A DNA stretch of 35,610 nucleotides from Polaribacter sp. Its GTDB lineage: Bacteria; Bacteroidota; Bacteroidia; Flavobacteriales; Flavobacteriaceae. Both the position numbers and the translations under genes were made by a program. How positions within the stretch are numbered: the stretch's first letter is position 1; every line of letters starts with the position of its first letter. Shown piece by piece: positions 28,483-35,610 of this stretch. A model generated the notes under the pieces. It ran no database searches, was not told where the DNA came from, and saw nothing but the letters and a program-made list of their open reading frames with translations. The stretch spans positions 1 through 35,610 of the forward strand of contig JBNMNZ010000001.1 in the NCBI GenBank assembly GCA_051276605.1, written 5' to 3'.

Positions 28483-29274
28483 ATGAAATATCAAGGAGTC
28501 CTAAAAAAAATGAAAACTGAAAATTCAACTGAAATTCAGTATTATTTAGACATGAATTCTGATTTTTTAAACATGAATCAGTTGTTAGACAGTGAGTTGA
28601 CGATTCGTTTTGTTACTTACGAATGTTTAAATTGTCAGTTAGAAAAAGAAATTTACAGACAAGGTTTTTGTAAATCTTGTTTTTTTGAAATTCCAAATGC
28701 TGCAGATTGGATCATGAAACCAGAGTTAAGTAAGGCACATCTAGATATCGAAGATAGAGATTTAGCGTATGAAAAAGCGGTGCAATTAAAACCACATATT
28801 GTGTATTTAGCAAACTCTAGTAATGTAAAAGTTGGTGTTACAAGAAAGCAGCAAGTGCCGACAAGATGGATTGATCAAGGAGCACATGAAGCCATAGAAA
28901 TTGTAGAAGTGCCTAACCGTTATTTAGCAGGGATTACAGAAGTTGCTTTAAAACAGCATGTTGCAGATAAAACAAATTGGCGTAAAATGTTAAAGAATGA
29001 TATTGAAGATGTAAGTTTGATTGAATGGAGAGACAAGTTAAAAGCATTTATTCCTGAGGAAGCAAAAGAATATTTTATTGAAAACAATTCAGAAACGCAT
29101 TTAAACTTTCCTGTTAAGAAGTATCCAGAAAAGCCTAAAAGCTTAAACTTGATAAAAACACCAAATTATACGGGTAAATTAGTCGGTATAAAAGGACAGT
29201 ATTTAATTTTTGAAGATGAAACTGTTTTTAATGTAAGATCAAATGAAGGTTTGGTCGTTTCTATTGAGCTTTAA
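28483..29274 (+). CDS. DUF2797 family protein
   Basis: CLNC...QGFCKSC, PHIVYLANSSNVKVGVTR, TRWIDQGA, GKLVGIKGQYL. ATG at 28483. Confidence 0.85.
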   Translation: MKYQGVLKKMKTENSTEIQYYLDMNSDFLNMNQLLDSELTIRFVTYECLNCQLEKEIYRQGFCKSCFFEIPNAADWIMKPELSKAHLDIEDRDLAYEKAVQLKPHIVYLANSSNVKVGVTRKQQVPTRWIDQGAHEAIEIVEVPNRYLAGITEVALKQHVADKTNWRKMLKNDIEDVSLIEWRDKLKAFIPEEAKEYFIENNSETHLNFPVKKYPEKPKSLNLIKTPNYTGKLVGIKGQYLIFEDETVFNVRSNEGLVVSIEL

Positions 29275-29376
29275 AAAACAATTTCTTTATGGAACTTTTA
29301 GAACTATTTTTATACACAGTTACTTAGAAAGATTTTTAGTTTCACAGCGTTGTGTTTAATTTTTAATTCATGTAAA

Positions 29377-30330
29377 ATGAAAAACAATATACTTAAAGTA
29401 GCATTAGCACAAATTTCTCCTGTTTGGTTAAATAAAGAATTGACAATTAAAAAAATTGCGAACTCAATTGTAGATGCAGCAAAAGAAAATTGCGAACTCA
29501 TTGTATTTGGTGAAGCGCTGTTACCTGGTTATCCTTTTTGGATCGCCTTAACAAATGGTACAGAATGGAATTCTAAAACTCAAAAAGAAATTCATGCACA
29601 TTACGTTCGTAATTCTGTAACGATAGAAAAAGGAGAGTTAGATTCTATTTGTAAATTAGCAAAAGAACACAATATTGCTATTTATTTAGGGATTATGGAA
29701 CGTGCACAAAATAGAGGCGGACATAGTATTTATGCTTCTTTGGTGTATATTAATCAAGATGGAGACATAAAATCTGTACATCGAAAGCTGCAACCTACTT
29801 ATGATGAAAGATTAACCTGGGCACCTGGAGATGGAAATGGATTACAAGTGCATGCGCTGAAAGAATTTACCGTTGGAGGCTTAAATTGCTGGGAAAATTG
29901 GATGCCATTACCAAGAACTGCGTTGTATGGTTTAGGAGAAAATTTACACATTGCTGTTTGGCCAGGAAGTGACCATAATACCAAAGATATTACTCGCTTT
30001 ATAGCCAGAGAATCTCGTTCTTTTGTAATTTCTGTTTCGAGTTTAATGGCAAAAGCTGACTTTCCAAATGATGTTCCATATTATGATGAAATTGTAAAAG
30101 ATGCTCCAGATATTTTAGCAAATGGAGGCTCCTGTATTGCAGGTCCTGATGGAGAATGGATCGTTGAACCTGTCATCAATAAAGAAGGTTTGATTATTGA
30201 AACGCTTGATTTTAATAGGGTTTTACAAGAGCGTCAAAATTTTGATGTTGTCGGGCATTATTCTAGACCAGATGTCACCAAGTTGCATGTAAATAGGGAA
30301 AGACAAAGTACAGTTTCTTATGATGATTAG
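29377..30330 (+). CDS. Nitrilase (carbon-nitrogen hydrolase, branch 1-like)
   Basis: Catalytic triad Glu (FGEALLPGYP), Lys (HRKLQPTYDER) and Cys (LNCWEN); C-terminal DVVGHYSRPD. ATG at 29377. Confidence 0.92.
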   Translation: MKNNILKVALAQISPVWLNKELTIKKIANSIVDAAKENCELIVFGEALLPGYPFWIALTNGTEWNSKTQKEIHAHYVRNSVTIEKGELDSICKLAKEHNIAIYLGIMERAQNRGGHSIYASLVYINQDGDIKSVHRKLQPTYDERLTWAPGDGNGLQVHALKEFTVGGLNCWENWMPLPRTALYGLGENLHIAVWPGSDHNTKDITRFIARESRSFVISVSSLMAKADFPNDVPYYDEIVKDAPDILANGGSCIAGPDGEWIVEPVINKEGLIIETLDFNRVLQERQNFDVVGHYSRPDVTKLHVNRERQSTVSYDD

Positions 30331-30425
30331 AATGTATTTCGACAAGTTTAGTATGATATTTTGATTTTAATTATTTTTTGCACGAATACTTCTGTTGTTT
30401 TCTGAGAATCCCGGAGGAATAATTA

Positions 30426-31232
30426 TTAAGATGAAATTAGTTTTTCTAAGATACGTTCTACACCAAAATCATCATTGCTTTCTGTTGAATAGTTCGCTAG
30501 TTTTTTAATATCAGAATGCGCGTTTTTCATTGCGAAGCTAAAGTCAGCTTCTTGCATCATTTCAATGTCATTATGGTAATCACCAAAAACCATAGTTTCT
30601 TCTTTGGTCACATTTAAAATTTTTTGAACTTCTCTTAAAGCATTTCCTTTATTGGCTTTTTTATCAGAAATATCTAACCAATTTTGACCAGAAACTTTGA
30701 GTAATACTTCATTGTTTAAGTCCTTGATTACTGGGTAAATAAATTCTTCTGAAGAATTAAAATGATAGATTGCAATTTTAAATACAGGAGTGGTTTTAGG
30801 AATTTCCATTAAATTCTCTACCACTTCAAAACTGTGATAGTATTCTTGAAATAGTTCAATAAAACGTTCATCTTTACTTTCTATGAAGGCAGCATCATTA
30901 CAGCAAAGCACCATGTTTGCTCCTTCAATTTCTCTTAAAATAGGAATTAGTTTTAATACTTTTTCAGGCTTTAAAAAATTGGAAAGAAATACTTCGTCAC
31001 CCTTTTTGGCAATGCCACCATTTTCTGCAATTACATAAATATCATTTTTTATTATTGAAAGTTTATCGACAATACTATTGTGTTGTCTTCCACTTGCAGC
31101 ACAAAAATGAATGTTACGTTTTTTGAGTTCTTTAAAAAGTGTAAAAAATTGTTGGCTAACTTCACCCTTAGAGTTAAGCAAAGTGCCATCCATATCAGAA
31201 ACTACTAATTTTACTTTCGAAAAATCAATCAT
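30426..31232 (-). CDS. Cof-type HAD-IIB sugar-phosphate phosphatase
   Basis: SDMDGTLL, ASGR, ENG, NKG, FGDYHNDIEM. Confidence 0.93.
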   Translation of the reverse strand: MIDFSKVKLVVSDMDGTLLNSKGEVSQQFFTLFKELKKRNIHFCAASGRQHNSIVDKLSIIKNDIYVIAENGGIAKKGDEVFLSNFLKPEKVLKLIPILREIEGANMVLCCNDAAFIESKDERFIELFQEYYHSFEVVENLMEIPKTTPVFKIAIYHFNSSEEFIYPVIKDLNNEVLLKVSGQNWLDISDKKANKGNALREVQKILNVTKEETMVFGDYHNDIEMMQEADFSFAMKNAHSDIKKLANYSTESNDDFGVERILEKLISS

Positions 31233-31234
31233 TA

Positions 31235-32248
31235 TTATCTAGTAGAATCTCTAATTACTAAGTCAGTTGTAATTACTTTGGTAATGGTTTCTGTATGTTT
31301 TTTCTCTAATTTGTCAATTAAAACTTTTGCAGCAGCTTCACCCATTTGTTCTCCGTGTTGACTAATGGTTGTCATTTTAGGACTTGAGTGTCTTGCTAAA
31401 ATTCCGTTTGAAAATGCAATTACAGATAAATTTTTAGGAATTTCAAGACCGGTTTTTAAGCCTGCCTTCATGGCTGCAACTGCTGCAGATTCTCCAGTTG
31501 TAATTACACTATCAATTTTATTTTTATTAAAAACAGGAATCAAAATAGATTCATACTCTTTGTAATCTTTATCCAAAATGTTAACTACAAGACTCTGATT
31601 AAAAGGCAAACCTACATTCTCTAGTCCTTTTTTATATCCTAAAAAACGCTGCTCACCAATATGTAAATTACTCAAAGTAGATACAAATGCAATATTTCTG
31701 TGACCAGTTTTATATAAGTATTCAACGGTGTTTAAAGCACCATTAAAATCATCAGTAATAATTTTATCACAATCTATTGTTTTTGCAACTCTATCAAACA
31801 TTACAATTGGCGTACCATTTTCTATCGTTTCTTTAAAGTGATTAAACTCTTGTTTAAGTTCAGTTTCTTTAGACATAGAAAGTATAAAGCCATCTATACT
31901 TCCGTTAGAAAGCATTTCTATAATTTCAACTTCTTTGTTGTATGACTCATTAGAAATACAAGCGATAACCTTGTAGCCTCTTTCTAAAGCAGTTTTTTCT
32001 ATTCCTTTAAATACTTGTGCAAAGAAATATTTTAACATTGTTGGAATGATAATTCCAATAGTTTTGGTGCTTCTATTTTTTAAACTTAACGCATTAAAAT
32101 TAGGTTTGTAGTTTTTCTCTTTAGCGTATTTTTGAATTTTTTCTTTGGTCGCTGCACTGATTTCATAGCTGTCATTGAGCGCTTTAGAAACAGTAGAAAT
32201 AGAAACATTAAATTCTTTTGCAATATCTTTTATCGTAAGCTTCTTCAT
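31235..32248 (-). CDS. LacI family transcriptional regulator
   Basis: TIKDIAKEFNVSISTVSKAL helix-turn-helix, YKPN, FDR, TTISQ, LVIRDST. Confidence 0.96.
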   Translation of the reverse strand: MKKLTIKDIAKEFNVSISTVSKALNDSYEISAATKEKIQKYAKEKNYKPNFNALSLKNRSTKTIGIIIPTMLKYFFAQVFKGIEKTALERGYKVIACISNESYNKEVEIIEMLSNGSIDGFILSMSKETELKQEFNHFKETIENGTPIVMFDRVAKTIDCDKIITDDFNGALNTVEYLYKTGHRNIAFVSTLSNLHIGEQRFLGYKKGLENVGLPFNQSLVVNILDKDYKEYESILIPVFNKNKIDSVITTGESAAVAAMKAGLKTGLEIPKNLSVIAFSNGILARHSSPKMTTISQHGEQMGEAAAKVLIDKLEKKHTETITKVITTDLVIRDSTR

Positions 32249-32306
32249 ATAAACAAAATTAGGGACTAAGGTATAAAAATATAAGGACTCCCTTTTTAAT
32301 AAATTA

Positions 32307-33692
32307 TTAAATTATCAATTTTTTTACTCTTGATTTTTTTATTTCATAAATTAGAAAGGAAAATACAATAAAATATTCAAGAAAAACAAACCATAAATTT
32401 TCTTCCCAAGGAGAATTTGAATAGGCTTGATAACTTAAAATCACCACTAAGCTCCAAACAATTGGGAATTTATATTTAGTGAAAACTGATAAAATTATTG
32501 GTGTTGCCAAATACCAAGGATGCACAGTTGTTGCTGTAAAGTAATAAAAACACAAGCCAAATAATAATGCAGTTATTAGCTGTACTTCTGTTTTGTTCTT
32601 CCTAAAAATAGCAATAATTATTAAAAAAAGGATCGTTAAAACAGGTGTTATTTTTGCAATAATTGAAATTTCATTCCAACCTCTAAAAAGGTAGCCGATT
32701 TCCCTAAACAAGTAGTAAAAGCTTGCATTGAATTCAAAATCTCCAAACCATAGGCCTACCGAAGTTGTGTATTTTGCAATTAATTCTGATGAATAAAAAG
32801 GAAGGAATAGAACGATTGTAGTTGCTAAAATAACTGCGTAAAAAGCAAAGAATTTTGTCAGTCCTGCAAATGGCGGAATCCGTAATAATGTTTTTTTAGA
32901 TTGACTGTTACTAGAGGAAGTAAAACATTGATAAAACAAGGGTAAAAATAATAAAGGAATTAATTTTATTGAAATAGAGCAAGCAATTAAAATTGCAGCT
33001 AAAATCCATTTTTGTTCGAATAATTTATACAATCCCCAAATAAGAAATAACAACATTACAGGCTCAAAATGCAAATTTCCTGTCATCTCAATAATGATAA
33101 AAGGATTTAAAACATACCAAAAAATATTTTTCACAGGAAGTTGAAGTTTCTCTAAAATCCTTTTTCCGAAGTAAAGAATTCCAATATCAGAAAATATAAT
33201 AATCAATCTTAAAACAATAATAGATCCAAAAATACTTTTGCTAGAAAACAATGCAGCAATTAAAAAACACAATTGATTTAGTGGTGGGTAATTTGTGTAA
33301 TGACTTCCATTCATTTCACCCATTCCATTGTATAAAACAGAAGCTTCTGCAATTGGGTTTATTCCTTGTTGAATAAAACTTTCTGGTAAAGATAAGTATG
33401 GATTTAACCCTTCAAGAACCATTCTTCCGTCCCAAATAAATCTGTAAAAATCTTGTGATAGATTTGGAGTAGCAAAAAGAAATATCAATCTAAAAAGAAT
33501 AGAAATTCCTACTAAGTTAGAGAATGTTAGCGTGTTGCTTTTCATCAAAAAATAAAAACAACCAAAGAGCGAAAACCATAGAAAAGTTAGTTTGCTAAAT
33601 GCTGTTCTTTCTAAAAAGTAGGCCACTAAAAAAAAGAGAATAGCGCTTATAGAAATAGATAAGACGTCTTTATTTTTATTAAAAAAAGACAT
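32307..33692 (-). CDS. GT-C fold polyprenol-phosphate-sugar-dependent glycosyltransferase (GT87/DUF2029, MptB/PimE-like)
   Basis: Multi-TM protein with LSQDFYRFIWDG, NPY, TNYPP, LNP...GNLHFE, IKLIP and VHPWY. Confidence 0.82.
   Translation of the reverse strand: MSFFNKNKDVLSISISAILFFLVAYFLERTAFSKLTFLWFSLFGCFYFLMKSNTLTFSNLVGISILFRLIFLFATPNLSQDFYRFIWDGRMVLEGLNPYLSLPESFIQQGINPIAEASVLYNGMGEMNGSHYTNYPPLNQLCFLIAALFSSKSIFGSIIVLRLIIIFSDIGILYFGKRILEKLQLPVKNIFWYVLNPFIIIEMTGNLHFEPVMLLFLIWGLYKLFEQKWILAAILIACSISIKLIPLLFLPLFYQCFTSSSNSQSKKTLLRIPPFAGLTKFFAFYAVILATTIVLFLPFYSSELIAKYTTSVGLWFGDFEFNASFYYLFREIGYLFRGWNEISIIAKITPVLTILFLIIIAIFRKNKTEVQLITALLFGLCFYYFTATTVHPWYLATPIILSVFTKYKFPIVWSLVVILSYQAYSNSPWEENLWFVFLEYFIVFSFLIYEIKKSRVKKLII
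32856..32881 (+). repeat. Degenerate palindromic (dRS3/REP-like) repeat unit embedded in the GT-C CDS
   Basis: TGTCAGTCCTGCAAATGGCGGAATCC matches the recalled repeat TGTCATTCCTGCAAAGGCAGGAATCC at 22 of 26 positions. Confidence 0.55.
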
Positions 33693-35182
33693 TATGCTTT
33701 AGAGAAAATTGATTTAAAAAACACGTAAGAAAATCCGGTAAAAAGCATAAAATGAAAGGGAAATAGTCCAAAATCGCCTCCTTGATCTCCGACAATAAAA
33801 GCGCTGTACATTCCAAATATAAAATAGAGGGCAAGTAATCCTTCTAATATTACATGTATGGAGGGTTTTTTATTGATATACTTATTTTTTTTCCATCCAT
33901 CTTTTAGGGTTATAATATTAAATTTTGGAGTTCTTATAAATTCGCTTTTTTTGCCAAAATGACCTTCTAAAACAGCAATAGTATTGTGTAAAGAAAAACC
34001 CATAGCAACAGAGAAAAATGTAAAAAAAGCACCAATATATTTAAAGAAATTTTTAAATCCTCCACCATAAATGTTCTTATACATGTGCCAATAACAAACA
34101 AAAAATATCATAGAACTCATGACAAAGAAGCTCATTACATAAAAGTAATTTTTTAAATGTGAATATTCATTTTTGATGTACAACATGGGAATACTTAATA
34201 CTGCTACTAAAAAAATACAGGTAAACATAGAGCTGTTCAGTAAATGCAAAATACCATGAATTTTTGTTTTGAAAGATATATTTTTATTGGCAATAATACG
34301 CTTTACCATTTTTTGAAAATTCTCTGCACCACCCTTGTTCCATCTAAATTGTTGTGTTCTTGCAGCACTAATAACTACCGGCAATTCTGCGGGGGTTTCA
34401 ACATTTTCTAAATACTTAAATTTCCAGTTTTTAAGCTGTGCTCTATAACTTAAATCGATGTCTTCTGTAAGGGTGTCGCCTTCCCAATTACCAGCATCAT
34501 AAATACATTCTTTACGCCAAACGCCAGCGGTTCCATTAAAATTAATGAAATGACCTTTGCTATTTCTACCTACTTGCTCTAATGTAAAATGAGCATCTAA
34601 CATAAATGCCTGAATTTTTGTAAGTGTAGAATAGTTTCTGTTAATGTGACCCCATCTTGTTTGCACAACTCCAATCTCTGGGTTTTTGAAATAGGGAATA
34701 GTTTGAAATAACCAATCTTTCTTAGGTAAAAAATCTGCATCAAAAATGGCAATAAATTCACCTTTAGCAACTTTTAGACCTTCTTTTAAAGCACCGGCTT
34801 TAAATCCTTCTCTGTTGGTCCTTCTAATATGTTGAATGTCAATCCCTTTTTCTTGAATTATTTTGATGTGTTTCGCGGTCATCTCCAAAGACTCATCAGT
34901 AGAATCATCCAAGACTTGTATTTCTAATTTTTCTATAGGATACTCTAATTTTGCGATATTTTTAAGCAACCGTTTCATTACATACAATTCGTTATAAACA
35001 GGTAATTGTATTGTTACATATGGAATTTCATCAGAGTTAGAAAAATCAAATTGAGGAGAGTTGTCTTTTTTGTTTCTGAATTTCAAGTAATTAAGTAGCA
35101 GATTTAATTGTGCTATTGCATACATGAAAATAAGTAGTAAGCAGATAGTGTAAACAGCGATGATGACGTATTCTAAAACCAT
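33692..35182 (-). CDS. GT2 cellulose-synthase-like (CSLA-like) glycosyltransferase
   Basis: VTIQLPVYNE, QVLDDSTD, GFKAGAL, FDADF, VQTRW, FNGTAG, TEDID, QQFRW (QxxRW), EFIRTPK; N- and C-terminal TM helices. Confidence 0.9.
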   Translation of the reverse strand: MVLEYVIIAVYTICLLLIFMYAIAQLNLLLNYLKFRNKKDNSPQFDFSNSDEIPYVTIQLPVYNELYVMKRLLKNIAKLEYPIEKLEIQVLDDSTDESLEMTAKHIKIIQEKGIDIQHIRRTNREGFKAGALKEGLKVAKGEFIAIFDADFLPKKDWLFQTIPYFKNPEIGVVQTRWGHINRNYSTLTKIQAFMLDAHFTLEQVGRNSKGHFINFNGTAGVWRKECIYDAGNWEGDTLTEDIDLSYRAQLKNWKFKYLENVETPAELPVVISAARTQQFRWNKGGAENFQKMVKRIIANKNISFKTKIHGILHLLNSSMFTCIFLVAVLSIPMLYIKNEYSHLKNYFYVMSFFVMSSMIFFVCYWHMYKNIYGGGFKNFFKYIGAFFTFFSVAMGFSLHNTIAVLEGHFGKKSEFIRTPKFNIITLKDGWKKNKYINKKPSIHVILEGLLALYFIFGMYSAFIVGDQGGDFGLFPFHFMLFTGFSYVFFKSIFSKA

Positions 35183-35610
35183 TATTTAAAACTATATTTA
35201 AAAATCCAACCTAAAATTTTTATTCCTGCAAAGATAGTACCTTTTACGGTACCTGAAACTTTTGATACACCAATTCTGTTTCTGTACTTCATGGGTACTT
35301 CTAAATAGCTCAGCTTTTGTTTTAGTGCTTTTAATTGCATTTCAACTGTCCAGCCATAAGTTTTATCTTGCATTCTTAGTGCTAATAATTTATCGTATTT
35401 TATAGCTCTAAAAGGACCGAGATCTGTGAATTTTGCACCAAAAAACAACTTCATTAAAAAAGTCGCTAACCAATTACCGAAAACTTGTTGAGGAGTCATA
35501 GAGCCAATCTCACGCAATCTTTTTACGCGTGAACCAATTACAAAATCGATATTATCATTAATAATAGGAGCAATAATTTCTGTTAATTGTTCGGGGTAAT
35601 CAGAATAATC
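35182..35610 (-). CDS. GT2 polyprenol-phosphate glycosyltransferase (DPM1-like); 5'-truncated by the window edge
   Basis: The frame is open to the window end (DYSDYPEQL...DFVIGSR), followed by FTDLGPFRAI, YGWTVEMQ and R.GVSKVSG. Confidence 0.88.
   Translation of the reverse strand, partial: DYSDYPEQLTEIIAPIINDNIDFVIGSRVKRLREIGSMTPQQVFGNWLATFLMKLFFGAKFTDLGPFRAIKYDKLLALRMQDKTYGWTVEMQLKALKQKLSYLEVPMKYRNRIGVSKVSGTVKGTIFAGIKILGWIFKYSFK

Noticed and set aside
676-31565. Short antisense or alternative-frame ORFs in the track (e.g. 676-897, 2875-3141, 6122-6595, 8211-8504, 21814-22113, 23073-23396, 29310-29501, 31365-31565)
   Set aside because: They are shadows of well-supported genes on the opposite strand, with no motifs or independent expression signals.

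Overview
AT-rich chromosomal window from a marine Flavobacteriaceae, probably Polaribacter/Tenacibaculum-like (inferred from gene content, T9SS components and TAnnTTTG promoters). From left to right: (1) the 3' end of a beta-glucan/laminarin utilisation locus: a T9SS-secreted GH5 with two CBM6 modules (5'-truncated), a GH16 lipoprotein, a GH30 lipoprotein and an MFS sugar porter; (2) an orphan porP/sprF gene converging on the envelope cluster CBS-nadK-porG-uppS-bamA-skp-skp-murI; (3) housekeeping genes pdxJ, a YbfF-like esterase, a PAP2 phosphatase, a MazG-like protein, aroA, queA, rlmN and a polyprenyl synthase, interrupted by a large BNR/VPS10 beta-propeller gene; (4) a GH3 acyl-amido synthetase, DUF2797 and a nitrilase; (5) lacI with a Cof HAD phosphatase; (6) a translationally coupled GT2 (DPM-like), GT2 (CSLA-like) and GT-C operon that runs off the right edge. 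I found no tRNA, rRNA, CRISPR array, IS or prophage. The most interesting leads are the GH3/nitrilase neighbourhood (possible auxin-type chemistry), the CSLA-like plus GT-C glycan operon, a palindromic repeat that appears absorbed in-frame into the GT-C gene, terminators whose U-tails run into -7 promoter boxes of near-leaderless genes, and a QueA with several altered motifs. All calls rest on motif recognition by eye; no searches were run.
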